Shown: positions 38,550 through 52,174 of the stretch, in pieces
Position numbering within the stretch: the stretch's first letter is position 1
Layout of the letters: every line of letters starts with the position of its first letter
Source of the DNA: Octopus vulgaris
Lineage: Eukaryota
Direction of reading: 5' to 3'
NCBI GenBank assembly: GCA_951406725.2
Contig: OX597817.1
Location: forward strand, 104,098,001 to 104,162,000
Length of the DNA stretch: 64,000 nucleotides
Made by a program: the position numbers and the translations under genes
Notes under the pieces: model-generated
Seen by the model: only the letters and a program-made list of their open reading frames with translations
Databases searched by the model: none
Told to the model about the DNA's origin: nothing

Positions 38550-39157
38550 TACTACTTAAGAAGAGTGGTCCCGGTGCGCGTACCCGCGCATCCGCGCTAG
38601 CTAGTCGTGATTAGTCGATTCTACAACGACTACCTAGTAAAGTAAATAAAGCACAAAATAAATAAATTTTTTTTAGTGGCTTGCCTACCAACCTCATGGT
38701 TCCGAGTTCAGTCCCACTGCGTGGCACTTTGGGCAAGTGTCTTCTACTATAGCCTCGGGCCGACCAAAGCCTTGTGAGTGGATTTGGTAGACGGAAACTG
38801 AAAGAAGCCCGTCGTATATATATATATATATGTGCGTGTATGTTTGTGTGTCTGTGTTTGTCCCCTAGCATTGCTTGACAATCGATGCTGGTGTGTTTAT
38901 GTCCCCGTCACCTAGCGGTTCGGCAAAAAGAGACCGATAGAATAAGTACTGGGCTTACAAAGAATAATTCCCGGGGTCGAGTTGCTCGACTAAAGGCGGT
39001 GCTCCAGCATGGCCGCAGTCAACTGACTGAAACAAGTAAAAGAGTAAAGTAAATATTTTTTTTTAAAACAAAGTAAATAAAACACAAAGTAAGGATCAAC
39101 TAGTCACAACTAGCTAGCGCGAGTGCGCGTACCGGGACCACTCTTCTTAAGTAGTAC
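38550..39157. mobile_element. MITE with a SINE inserted in its centre
   Basis: TIRs gtactacttaagaagagtggtcccggt / accgggaccactcttcttaagtagtac; SINE at 38676-39050. Confidence 0.85.
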
Positions 39158-39327
39158 CGTTTTTTCGTTTTGGCAAAATCGGAATCTCCGTAGTTGAAAA
39201 CGTTGGTATCTGAAGTGGGGAGGGGGAAGCAAAAGAAAAAAAATAAGGAGTAGGGAACATACTCGTCTTGTCTTCCTATGATGTATCCTTGATGTGAATG
39301 GAATTGGTTAATTTCATTCGTTTATAC

Positions 39328-39650
39328 CAGTGGTTCTCAACCAGGGCTGAAGTGTCCATATAAGATTTTGGGGGATCCACACAACAAAATGGTAAATTGG
39401 GAACCCACAAAAGTATTTTAAGGGTCCCTGAAAAATTTTTGCTTTAGATGTATGTATTGGTATGTATGGCAAGAAACAGCTAGGTTTCTTTATCTAACAT
39501 TTTATATAGTTAATGTGAGAAAACAAAATGGGAATTTTGAATGAAGTTTCTATGAAACTAGTTTTTAAACATTGAATGGCTATGGGGGTCAACCAGAATA
39601 AACTAGTTTTCCAGAGGGGTCCATAGATAAAAAATGGTTGAGAATCCCTG
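39328..39650. mobile_element. hAT (Charlie/Buster-like) MITE
   Basis: CAGTGGTTCTCAACC ... GGTTGAGAATCCCTG; imperfect 8-bp TSD gtttatac/atttataa with central TA. Confidence 0.8.
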
Positions 39651-40689
39651 ATTTATAATATTAAACATATTCTCATATGTATGTTTAATATGTGGTCATG
39701 AATGTTGGGTAATGGTTGAATGAGTACGATCATGAATACAAGCGACTAAGATGGGGTTCCTCCAAAAGGTCTCTGGAGTAACATTACTCAACAGAGTATG
39801 TGGCTTGGAGATCAGGATCTCTCCAGGTTAAGCCACTACGTCTTCACATTGAGAGGTTACAGCCCTAATACTACAGACAAGTGATTAGAATGTTGCAGGA
39901 AAGAATTGCAAGCCATAATCTTCAAGCTGAGCCAACCAGCAGCGATGTAGGGGTAGACCAAGAACAAGCTGGCTGGATAATATCCATAGTCTCTGTTGGT
40001 CAGGCTTGAAAATCAAGCCAGAAAGTCTAATGACAGTTGCTTCTGATAGGACTCCATGAAGGGGCCTAAGGATCTAACCCCACAACCCTTCCTGTAGGCT
40101 GAGAAAATGGATGGATAGAAACATAAATATCACTTCCCCTCACCAACTATGTTTCCTCATAACTTTCAGGGAAAAAATGGACATTCTTCAATGAAATTTT
40201 CTATAAATAGTTTTGGAATGGTGTAGATTATGATTATACAACAATATATATGGATGTGAAAAATATGAAAGATTATTTAAAATGAGGAATATTGTTGTTT
40301 TTTTAATTTCAAATCCAGTTGAAGTCAAATTTACTTTCCGATATTTCAGGGTCAAAAAGAGGTACCTGTTAAATATTGGGATAGTTATAATCTAAATTTA
40401 TGTAATTATCCCTAATATTATTATTGTCGTAATAATAGTGGATTAATAAAATGCTTTGCAGTATTTCCATCAATCAACTTTGCCTTTCATTCCCCTCCAT
40501 TATTATTATTGTGCTGGTGTTGTTACCATACCTGTTGCTGTTGTAATCATTGGTTCCTACCAAGTTAAAACCACATGATTAGCTTTGAGCTAACTGAACT
40601 ATATTGGTACACTTACCAGGAAGCCAGAAGAACAAATCTAGTTTGGACAAAGTGACCAGGTATTATCAATATTTACCTTTGTGCTCAGA

Positions 40690-41090
40690 ATCAGATTTTA
40701 TATAATAATGACACGCAGGTGTTGTTCAATTAAGCTTTCGTAATGTACTTGTCTCCAAGGAAGCCTTTAACATAATCACTAGATATAGTAATAGCAGGCA
40801 CATCTCTTTCAAAGGACACCATCTCATTTTAAAAACAGGACACATTGGATAACATTGTTCTAGATGTACTACCTGGAATAAAAAGGAGATGATCATGGAT
40901 AAAATGCTTTTGTTCATAAGTTTATCCAATAAGAGTGAAGTAACAACTTCCTGTTACAGAAATTTACTCAGCCTCTTCTTCCTTAGAACTGCCACCTCCT
41001 GGAATTCTGTGCATCCACGTTTTTACTTCTGGCATCAATCAACTTACACCAACTAAAGCTGAATATTAGAATATCACTCACATTGACCCC
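40690..41090 (+). mobile_element. Decayed CR1/L2-type LINE 3' fragment
   Basis: FF(L)RTATSWNS-like motif at ~40975-41010. Confidence 0.45.
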
Positions 41091-41374
41091 ACTAATTTGG
41101 AATGGACAACATAACCTCTCCTGTGACACATGTGCATGCACACGTGCACACACACACATATTAAACTAGAAATACTCGGTCAGTACAGTATTTCAGAAGT
41201 TAGGCTTCTTCTAGTTGAATTATCCCTGTAATTTGATTTTTTTTTTGTTGCAGCTGTATTGCTTCCCTCTGCCAATATTCTAAATAATGCTACCAGTGTC
41301 AAAGCATCTTATTTTATCCCACCCAAAGTCATTAACTCAATGTCTTGAGATATTATGGAATAGTACATTATACA

Positions 41375-42040
41375 TCATCATCAGCATCATTTACTATCCG
41401 TTTTCCATGCTGGCATGGGTTAAACCATTTGACTGGAACTGGTGAGCTGCACCAGGCTCCAGTTTATTTTGGCTCTGGTTTTTATGACTAGATACCCTTC
41501 CTAATGCCAGCCACTCCACAGAGTGCACCAGGTGCCTTTTATGCATCACTGGCATGGGTGCCTTTAATTTGTTACTGGCACAGATGCCTTTTATATATAG
41601 ATACAAGCATGGCTGCTAACTGCTACACCTCATTCATCAGCAATAACAACATGTGAATTTTTTTTTAAATGTCATCTCTAAAATACCATGAGGACTATCA
41701 TTAATAATAATATGGCCACTGAGGAACTATCAGCATCATTGTTTAACAGCTGTTTTCCATGCTGGCATGGGTTGGACAGTTTGATAGGAGCTGGTCAGAT
41801 TCCAGTTGTTTCTTGTGACATGGTTTCTATGGCTTGATGCTACTCCTTACAGAGTGTGCTGGGTATTTTTATGTGCCACTTGCACCTGTAAAGGTCATTC
41901 TTGTATGTATTGATGACCACAATTTTACTTAGCTTGATGCATTTTCTCAAGTACAGCAAAGTGCCACAACTCCCAGTCCTTTGTCATTTCCTCAGTGAGG
42001 CCAAACATCTGAAGATTCTTTCTCACCACTTCATACTCAT
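41375..42040 (-). mobile_element. Two copies of a (GAT)n-tailed interspersed repeat (also + at 45560, 49610, 53110, 56300)
   Basis: catcatcat..ttttccatgctggcatgggtt..cccttcctaatgcc..agagtg..ggtgc shared between copies. Confidence 0.75.
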
Positions 42041-42507
42041 TTGCCAAAAAAGCATAGGGCTGATTGAAGAAAACAACTTTCCTTACCACTATGCTCTGTT
42101 TTCAATGACTCTAAGTTTGTCGATGCAGACAACTTTAATGAAATAAATGCTCATCATATTCTCCATAACCTAACTTTTGTCACCCTAGATATCATAACAG
42201 CAGTAAATAGGCGTGGCTGTGTGGTAAGAAGCTTACTTCTCAACCACAAGGTTCAGGTTTCAGGCCCACTGATTGTTCCAATAACTGAATATGATAGATG
42301 TAGGTTACTATTGTTGCCTCATTTTCCACCAATATTGTACACACAGTTCTTCAAATTTTTTCATGGATCAACCACTATTCAGTATTAAGCATAAATTATC
42401 TAATGATGTTACAAAATATAATTTTAAAGAAATTTTGGAATGAATTTTCCTTTACAATTATTTTAATAATAAAAGCTTTTTTCTCTTTTGTTTGTTTTAT
42501 TTTACAG

Positions 42508-42957
42508 TTTCCTGATGAAGCTTTACGAGGAACGCATGATAAATCAAGTTCAAAACCTTCAGCAGACTTTAGAAAACAGGTTGATCCTCCAATAGACATT
42601 ACTAAATTCCGAAATATGAAGCTTATTGTAGATTTTGAGGACTGGAAGCCAAAAGAAGATAACTTTGATTTAGAAACTTGCATTATTGAAGATCTTGAGA
42701 ACTACACGAATTTCATAAAGAGTGTCAAAGATTGCTGGATGACTAAGAATATGTTTGACTTAGAAAATGCCGCTGTTGAAAAATTAGATAAAGGGAAATC
42801 AGGAAGAGGCCCAGTATTCTGTGGAAATTGCTATAGCAAGGAAGAAAAGACAGATCCTGTTGAAATTATTGGCTGGACAAATGACTCAGCCACTTTGAAA
42901 CCAGTATATATTATGCGTGATAAAGTATCTGAAATTAAGAAGTCAACTTGTAAATAA
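42508..42957 (+). CDS. Mss4/RABIF-like protein, coding exon 2
   Basis: Polypyrimidine tract + ttacag|TTT, phase 0, in frame with exon 1; WMTKNMFDLEN, VFCGNC, IIGW, VYIMRDKV match Mss4 W..EDMF.FEN, VCADC, IGW, YV...RV; joined product 184 aa, undisrupted. Confidence 0.82.
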   Translation, partial: FPDEALRGTHDKSSSKPSADFRKQVDPPIDITKFRNMKLIVDFEDWKPKEDNFDLETCIIEDLENYTNFIKSVKDCWMTKNMFDLENAAVEKLDKGKSGRGPVFCGNCYSKEEKTDPVEIIGWTNDSATLKPVYIMRDKVSEIKKSTCK

Positions 42958-43440
42958 ACAAAACCCTCGAATCCATCAGTATACACACATACAGTTGCAT
43001 ATCTATGTATGTATGTACACACATGTGTCTATGCGCATAGGTACACCATAATCTATACACATGCAGATGAGGGTTGATTCATATGAAAAAAAAAGTGAAT
43101 AAAATAATATGACCACTTGCTTATCAAGAAATTTGTAAGTTCAATTTAAAAAATTTTTTCTGTTTTTAGTATCACCATTATAGATATTTATGCTCCGGTG
43201 AAATTAAGAAATCAAGTTGTAAATAAATGAAACCCTTGAATCCATCACTGTATATATATACACACACACACACACACAGTTATATATCTATGTATGTACA
43301 CATACATGTCTATGCTCATAGGCACACCATGATTTATACACACATGCAAATGAGGGATGATTCATATGAAAAAGAAAGTGAACAAAATAATATGACCACT
43401 TGCTTATCAGGAAATTTGTAAGTTAGATTAAAATTTTTTT
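42930..43440 (+). repeat. ~270-bp diverged tandem duplication spanning the stop codon and proximal 3' UTR
   Basis: gaaattaagaagtcaacttgtaaataa...gaccacttgcttatcaagaaatttgtaagtt repeated from ~43200. Confidence 0.9.
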
Positions 43441-44419
43441 TTTTTCATAAAGATAATCAAACCAAACGTTCATCATTTTGAGTCACTCACCCAATGAGTA
43501 TTTCTGCCAAATTTGGTGAAAGTCCATTCAACCGTTTTCCAATAATTTTGCAAACACACAAACAGACAAAGATGAGTGATTACAATACCCTGCTTTCACT
43601 TACACACACACAGGGTAAAAATAATTCTTACTATTTCTGTAATATAGTATCTATCACTGTTTCTGGTATTGTTATTATTTTCTTTCTTAATATTATCTTT
43701 CATATTGGAGTGGTAGAAATACTAGAATTCCAGACTAAATGTTTTTATCTGCTTGTTATTTTATTGAGTGGGTAAAAGAAGAGAAAGAGAAGAGAACCAA
43801 GGTGATAAGAGTAAGAGGGTGTTAAAAAGAGAGTAATGGAAGTGTGAAAGTGATCAACAGCTTCATACTGGTTGTTGGTTAGGAGAGTAAATAGAAAATA
43901 GTATGAACAATGGATGAAGGTGGGGTGAAAGAGTAATGGAAATGAGAAAGCGATGATAGTTCTGGGTTTCAACAGTGGTGTCCAATACTTTATCCTCTAT
44001 CATAGACAGAATATACAGGAGTTATATGAGTGAGCAATGGATAGCAATCATAATAGATGATGGTAAGGGAGATATTGAGGAATGACGATGATGAATGTTA
44101 GGAGAGCAAATATTGTAAAAGAGAGAAAGTAATAGTGTGATAGTAGAGAGTGTAAGTGATAGATGAGAGACTGATGAAGAGAGGGAGAGTGGTAAATGGA
44201 AACATAATAGTGGAGAGAACCAATTGTAGGTATAGAGAGGCAACCTCCATTATCACCATTGTTTTTGTTCACTTTTCCATGTTTCCATGGTCTGGCATGG
44301 GTCTTCCCCAGCACAGTATTTCATTTGCTGTTGCCTTTTGTCATCTCCTTCATGAGTTTCAGCCTTTTGAGATCAGCTCAGTTTTCACCTTTCAGTCCCA
44401 TCTTTTCCTTGATTTTCCT

Positions 44420-45060
44420 CTGCTACAAGTTCTATCATGCTTGAAGCAAAGCCTGGAATCAAAGTTAACTTAGCAAAGGACCCAAGTTCCAGTTAGTTGG
44501 AAAAGCAAGCAGGAATCTGCTTCCTTCAGAAAAATGGCCCTACTTGGTAAGTAGGAAAGGTGTATGTTGAAAGTATATGCAGTGTGCCCAGTGCAAGCTA
44601 TGAACATACAAGGAGCAGTGGGATCACAGGAATGTTAACAAAAAAAAGTACATTTTCTTGGGGTAGATGTGCAGGAGCAATATAATAATGAAGAGCACGC
44701 AGGAGATAGATTTTTTTTTAATGCTTAAGTTCCCCGGGGGTACTTCAGAGGAGGACATTCTGAAAGTATAGTTGCTAGAATAAGAACAGAATGGAGTGCC
44801 ATTGAGGCAGGGGACATGCAAAGAATGAAAGGAATGAAGCCGACAAGCTCTGCTAGATGTGCAATGCCAGTGTGCAATTTATACAACAAAGTGCAAATGC
44901 ATTGAGGAGAAAAGACTGCACTAATATGGTCATGTGATGTGTATGGGTGAGGAAAGCTGCGTAAAGAAGTGTGGATGTAATTTGTGGAAAAGGGATATGC
45001 AGGAAGATATGGATTGAAGTAGAGAAGGTTGATCTCAAAACGTTGAGCCTCACAGAGATG
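44420..45060 (+). mobile_element. Decayed RTE-like LINE fragment
   Basis: RLH*YGHVM motif at ~44915-44940. Confidence 0.4.
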
Positions 45061-46529
45061 ATAAAGGATCAAGATAATTGATGATTTGCTGTGTCTGAGA
45101 AGTTGCATTGAAACTGAGACCGTTTATTTGTATACCCTCCCATTCAAGCCTCTCCCACCTCTCATCTTCCCAACATGCATCTCTCTGTCATTCTTCAAAC
45201 TATGGCACTATTCAGCTACTGTAATTGTATGAGAATAGAACTGCAGATATTTCATCCCTTTTTCCACTACCAGTTACCCCTCTCCTTGGAACCACTTCCT
45301 GTTAACATTCACCTATCATTCTCAATATCATTCCTTCCCACTTCATTTTCCATTGCTCCTTCCTTTGTGTGCCTGCAATCATCTCTCCCTCTCTTCTGTG
45401 CTACATCTTAGGACTGCCATACCTCATCTTTAACACCCTTTCATATTTGCTCTCACTCTCAACAATCTCTCATATCAGCTATTGCCACCCCCACTCCCCC
45501 ACATTTTTCTCCTGCTGATTGTAGCCACCCTTACAATTTTTGGAGGCTTTTTTTTTTTTTGGTCTTGCAAGTTGATTGATGACCTTACTTGTGTCATTAC
45601 TACATAAAAAAGCACTCAGTACACTCTGTAAAGTGGTCAGCAATAAGAAGGAGCATCCAGCATGGAAGACAGACATTAAATGATGATAAGGATATACCTT
45701 TCTACATGAAAGGCTTGGTGTTCTATGAGGCTTTACAGGAAACAGTCTGTATAGTGTAACTTCAAAACTCCAGCTTAACGCTGTAGCCTTCTCCTTACTC
45801 TGTCAAATGTAATGCTTATTCACATTATATTGCATTAATCATACATTATCTTGTAGCTTTGAGATAGTGACAATGTGATTGTTTATTTTTAGAATGACAT
45901 TGCTGGGTAAATGTGAGTGGCCAGATCTGGCCAATTTTACATAGAACAGGTAGAATATTTGATCAGGCTATAACTTGTTTAAATGTTGAAGGTTAATGTA
46001 TCAATAATTTATTCAATTGCATCATGATGCTACAAGAGTCTGTGATCACTATTATTCATGAAGCCCTGTCAGTAATGTTGACAGGAAGGAAATGAAGCAT
46101 GAAAAAAGATATTGAAGAGACCAGCCTGAAAATGGAAGAAGTGATAAGTGCTACGCAAAACACAAAACACATGAGCTGAAATGGAATGGATAAGGAACAA
46201 CTGGATAATGTTTGTATTGTTTTTTTTTTTAGTATGAAAATAAGCATAGAAAACAATTCTTGCCCTACAATTAAAAACTTTTTATCTTATTTTCAAAACA
46301 GCAGATGTAATGTACAATGAGCTTAAAATTGCATATTAATACTTTAAATCCAAGAATATTTTTATTCTAAAAGAATCTTGGCATTTTAATTAAATTTGAA
46401 TGAGGAATGATGATATAACATTTGGATCTAAACTTGCACCTAAAATGACTACTTTTTGCACATAAAAGTTGCATCTGAAAAGTTTTTTTCTCACCTGAAA
46501 TCTACTCATTACTTACATTATGAAATATA

Positions 46530-48050
46530 CTAGCAGAAAGACCGCCCTTTGGGCAGTTTTTGATAGCCACTCAACAATATTTCTACATTTGATTCCCAAT
46601 TCTAATAATTTTTATGATATTTTACGTCTAATTATTCCTTTGTATAATAGTGCTCACTTGCTTAGTAAATATTGCTTTCATTATTTTATCAGTCTCTCTT
46701 TTTTAAAGAGTCAATCTGTTATATATATGTATCATTAATGATTTGTAGAATTTACCATAGATAGATAGGTAGATGGAGGGATACACACACACAAAAGTCT
46801 GGTGCTGTGAGAACACATAGAAATGACATTTCCTTATTTTTTTCAAATATACCCAAATTTAAAATGATCTAATATAACGGTATCATTCATTCAGCATATG
46901 TTGAAATATGCCAAAACAATTCAATTCCACACAAACATATGTTACTTTACATAAAATTTATGTATTAATTCTATTTACTGAAACTTGCTAAAAAGCATAT
47001 TTTGCTTTACAGTAGACAATTGTCAGTAATCATACTGTTTCCATTTCTCTCGACCAATATTTTTACATTAGCCTTCTTTCAATAACACAACATACAACTG
47101 ATCATGTGAGAAGAATTGTATTGGAAGATATATTCCAATTTGTTCAAAAGTCTGTCCCTGTGCCTTGTTGCTCATCAAGGCAAAAGCTGGCTTGACAGGA
47201 AATAGTTTGTGTGTAAATGTGAATGGAAATTTCATTTCTTGAGACACATTTGGTATTCTTGGAATTGGCTGAGTTGATCCTGCTTGAGGACCAGAAGCAA
47301 CTTCAACCTCAGTAACATGATCATTTAAACTGACAATGATGTAGTATATGCCATTGCAATGTCCATTAGTAGTATCTAAATTTCTCAGAAGTATTACACA
47401 TCACTTTTTCTTCAGTTTGAGAATGTGTTGGGGAAACCCTGATAGTGTAAGTTTGTTGATGAACTCGATTGGGTACAGAGTTTCATCATCAACTGTATCT
47501 GAGCTTCAGTATATTTTTAGCTCACCAGGGATCCTAGTCAACAGAAAATCATTCACAAATTGTGCTGCTTCATGGTTTGTGAAGTTATTTTTGAGGTCAA
47601 CAATATACAAAATCACATAGATCTGAAAGAGCACTAATTTCAAGGCAAAGGCCATTGAAGAGTTTGATTTTGAATTCACCTAGACTTTGTTCAACAGAAA
47701 TGTTACCATTTCTTACATTAAGAAGGCAGTTAGCAAACTCTCTTTTATTAGAATGACCTGTAAGAAGTCTTAGGCTGGTTGTCAACTTCCACTACTTCCA
47801 CATGATCACAAAGAAAAGAGCTCTTTAGTGTTGCATCAACAATTTGTGATCTGACACCATTATTTTGAAGTAGAATATTCTCTCAACTAGTTGGTCATGT
47901 GTAATGGAAACAGAGTCATGTCTATATCTACATGCATATTCAAACATCTGTTTCGGTCACTTTGCCCTGGTTTTATCTGATTCAGTTGCCTGTCTTTCTC
48001 TCTGCCGTTGTGCCTTTGCTGCTAGATTTTCTTTTTCAGCTGCATATTAT
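46530..48050 (-). mobile_element. Helitron remnant with Pif1-like helicase C-terminus
   Basis: Minus: YPIEFIN...PQHILKLK...LLRNLD..GHCNG...IPRIP...FPVKPAFALMSNKAQGQT...FSHDQLYV; CTAG 3' end with hairpin at 46530; 5' end uncertain. Confidence 0.85.
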
Positions 48051-49609
48051 ATATAAATGAAAGCTCATTAAAAACTATCTTGTTCAGCATGCCAGAAATA
48101 GCAGCGATCACATAGTTATTATTGTAAAGCTTATAGCGTTCCAATTAGCCATACTAACAAAATCCTTTAAAAAATCAAAATTATGCCGGTATATTAAAGA
48201 ATTTTAATTTTATCAAAACTATTCATTTAACAAACTCCGGAAACTGATAATATTCTTGAAATTGTGCCTCATATCAAAGTTATGTGGCTATTATTAAATT
48301 ATCATTAATGAAAATAGAGGCAAGCGAGAATGAGAGACTGTTGCAAATAAAATTGTAAAATGTTGCCTGCCACGAATTAATAGTGTTTATTATTAAACAT
48401 TAAAATCTACTCTGCAGTGAATGCAATGAATGTTTAAATTTGCCAAAATTCAATAAACTCGAGAAATCGAAATTATAGGAAGTTTCTTAGAACATGAATT
48501 TATAAAAATATTTCCAGACAGTCAAGCTTTTAATATTGCTTTCTTTTAGTAATTAAACAGCTTTCTCAATTTTAGTATAGATATTCTTCCAAAATATTAT
48601 AAAATCAGAAAATGTTTAGCTTGTGCGACACTATCCTAAAAAAAATACACATGCATACATCAAGGAGAAACCAAACTGAAATTGGAACTGATCTGAAACT
48701 AGTTAAAAATTTGGAATAAGTGCAATTCTATCCTTCTCTGTAATCTCTAAGTTTACAAAACTATCAATGTCACCAAACTTAGAGTTTATGTTCAAATTTT
48801 GTCAATTTACACTCCATTAGGTTATCTTCTACTGTTCCAGTTTGACTGTTAGATTCTTCTCATTTAGGCCATATAAGAAAGCTTAACTAAACTAATTTTT
48901 TTCTAAAGTTACAGATTTAATGACTTAAAGATGTACTTAAGTGCTTCATTCATCAAAATTTGAAAGCTTTTTGCCTTATGAGTTTTTTCTACAGCACCAC
49001 TTTTCATGAGGTTCAAAGATACGCATAACTCTCATTAAGATCTTTCAAGTAAGCTTAATTATGCCAGATGTATTCTGGGAATTATGATTATTTAGTTTTA
49101 AAATGAATTTCGGCACTAGTCTTATTCAAATTTGACCCTTTTTTGCCCCATATCTTATACTTTCCAATGCAAGATTTGCATAGATTCCACTCACTATGAT
49201 CTTTAATTAAAATGTAATTAAATTATATCCTCTAATTCTGGTTATGATTGGAAACGTGTGCCGGCATGGCTCTGTGGTAAGAAGTTTGCTTCTCAACCAC
49301 ATGATTCCAGGTTCAGTCCCACTGCATGGCACCTTGAGTAAGTGTTTCCTACTATAGCCTTGGACCAACCAAAGCCTTATAAGTGGATTTGGTCAATGGA
49401 AACTGAAAGAAGTTTGTCATATATATATATATCGTAAAAACCCATGTAATTTAAACACTAACTTTAGCAGGTGCGTAAATTACATGAGTAGATCATTTCT
49501 AGAAATTTTTTTTCCTGAAAATAGACATACAAAATGTAATCATTCATACCGGAAGTTGACTCATTTAATATCAGAATAGGTTTTACAGAAAAAATAAAGG
49601 CTTTGTCAT

Positions 49610-50100
49610 GGCTGATGACAGTATTGCCTGATTGGCACCCATGCCGGTAACATGTAAAAAGCACCATTTGAGCGTGGTCAATGCCAGTGCCGTCTGACTG
49701 GTCCTATGCCAGTGACATAAAAAGCACCATTCGAGCATAATCGTTGCCTGTGCCACCTGACTGGCTCATGTGCTGGTGGCATGTAAAAAGCACCATTCAA
49801 GCATGGTCAATGTCGGTGACACTTAAAAAGCACCATTTGAGCATGGTCGTTGCCAGTACCGCCTGACTGGCTCCCATGCTGGTGTCACATAGAAAGCACC
49901 ATTCAAGCATGGTTGATGCCAGTACCACCTGACTGGCCCTCGTGCCAGTGGCATGTAAAAAGCACCCACTACACTCTCGGAGTGGTTGGCATTGGGAAGG
50001 GCATCTAGCTGTAGAAACTTTGCCAGACGGTTTGGAGCCTGGTACAGCATTCTGCCTTGCCAGCTTGGAAAGTGGATGTTAAACGACGATGATGATAATG
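49610..50100 (+). repeat. Interspersed repeat with an internal ~60-65-bp minisatellite
   Basis: aaaagcaccatt(t/c)(g/a)agc.tgg..gcc.gt.cc..ctgactgg unit about five times, then the shared body and gatgat tail. Confidence 0.85.
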
Positions 50101-51090
50101 AAGTTGACTTTTATTTATGCTGGACAGTATAATGCTTACTTTTTCTGTATAAATTTACTAAAACCATTAAATGGTTAACTACTTTTTGAAGTCTTACATT
50201 CATGCTGGTAAACACAGTCCAGGCCATATTTTACATTGCTTGGAGTTTCTACCTATCGCAATGGAGCACCATTGACATATATAGTGATATGGATAATGTT
50301 GACTGCATCTTTTTATTTTTTTTTCTTTATTACTAGGCACAGTTTCAAGTTTGTCATACTGTTTACACCAAATTCAAACATTAGCTTCATTAACATGAGG
50401 TTCAAAGATTGTCATATTCAACATATTTAATTCTCCTTCGCTGTAAACGATTCATAAGTTCTGCCCATACTGTCAATAATGCTAATGACAAATTTTTTAT
50501 TTTTGCTTGACATTTTATAAATGTGAAAGGGATTAAAATTTCGATACTCTGTATCAAAGATTCTGACAAGAATAGACGGAAAGAATTTTGTTTACATAAT
50601 CAATTTGATCGGTCACCTTCCTCTGTCAGTTGAGCAAAGTGTTATCCAAGTTGATGTTTATTGGTAATTAAATTTAATTTGCAACACCTGTGTGTATTTA
50701 TCAGCTTTGTGTTTGTTGATAAGAATTATCAACAACTTTTCTTGTGATTGTGATTTGAGAGGACATACAGCAGTATGCTAAAGATTGGACATAATCTCTT
50801 GTGGGTAAGAAATGTAAAATAAAGTTTATTATAAACAACATAAACACTTTGTAATTTAATAGCTTTCTGTTAAACAGAAATTAATTTTATTTAATAAAAT
50901 CTAATCATAAGTAAATGAAATTATGCTAAATACAACTAAATTGAAAACCTTTTTCCCCTAGCTACATCAGAAATTCTGAAAACTTTTGGGTGTGAATTTT
51001 ACATGAGTTGAAGCTTTTTTTAACAAATTTTATCCTGAAAATCACCTGTGTAAATCACACAAGTGCGCAAATTATATGGGTTTTTGCAGT

Positions 51091-51134
<44 letters not shown>

Positions 51135-51316
51135 AGTTTAATGCACTGTATTATATAATTTGTATTAATACAGGCATGAAAATATTTTATTATACACTAA
51201 GATAGATCGTTTTATTTGATAAAAGCTGGAAAACAATCATCATTATATGAATGTCAATTATTGAAATAAAATATTCATCTTATACCTCCTCTCTTCCTTT
51301 ATATTTTATATATATA

Positions 51317-52174
51317 CTAGCAGTATTGCCCGGCTTTTTGTGGCTATTAATTGCACTGAGGAAAAGCGATTAATCTGTGAGTGCAAAATCAATACTTTCT
51401 TACACAATGTATGTACGTGCGTTCTGGATGAAGTTCAATTGAAATTCAATTATTTTGGTTTTAAAATCAAGCATTTAATGCCCTCTATTTTTGCGCTTAT
51501 GTGTTCCATTTCCTCAATAGGAAGTACATAGAAGCATTTCATAAATTTTTGTTGATCAAATAATTGCATTGTTGAATTATTCTTTTAGATCAGTATTTCT
51601 CAACAGAGATTTCAGGGGCGAGTTTCAGGGAGTCGCTGGTGATGTATCGTGATGATCAAAAATCCGTCCTGCTAAAATTTGGTTAAAGTGATTCAAACTG
51701 CAGACTCAATGCAAAATGGTCACATTTAATTCAAAGCATTAAAAATGTTATGAAAACAATTGGTATGTGTTCACAAAGTCCAAACGATTAATACGAAAAA
51801 GCCCTCCAGGCTACATCCCGAAAATTCATTTCTTTGCCGAATTTCTACAATGTTTACGGCGATTTGTTTTTATATCTTGATTTTTTATTTTTCATGCAAT
51901 TTACGCATGCTTGCACGCGTGGTGAACACAGGTGACGTCAAACAGCTGACTGAGTAAAGTTCACTATTCAATGCATGGGATAAGGCCTAAACAAACACAT
52001 TATCGATTTTTGCACTTGCGAGAAGAATTTCGGAACAGAAATAGCGCAGTTCAATTTTCATTCGCCTAAACATTAAGTGACCCATTTTTGGTGGTTCTAC
52101 GATTTGTTGGCTAGGAGGAGATGTGCCGGGAAGTTAAACACACAGACACACAAGTTGAGTTTTATATATATAGA
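51317..52174 (-). mobile_element. Non-autonomous Helitron
   Basis: Minus a|TCTATATATATAAAACTC start and ...ccgggcaatactgCTAG|t end, like the 20418-21452 element. Confidence 0.85.

Noticed and set aside
42403-42507. N-terminal 35 aa of the 184-aa ORF in the track (MMLQNIILKKFW...)
   Set aside because: Intronic polypyrimidine tract upstream of the acceptor at 42507; the better-supported N-terminus is exon 37157-37261
47040-47860. Host PIF1 helicase gene
   Set aside because: Stops and frameshifts, no introns, Helitron 3' terminus downstream
49640-49965. CRISPR-like periodic array
   Set aside because: Whole units including the would-be spacers are homologous, no cas genes, eukaryotic context; it is a minisatellite in an interspersed repeat
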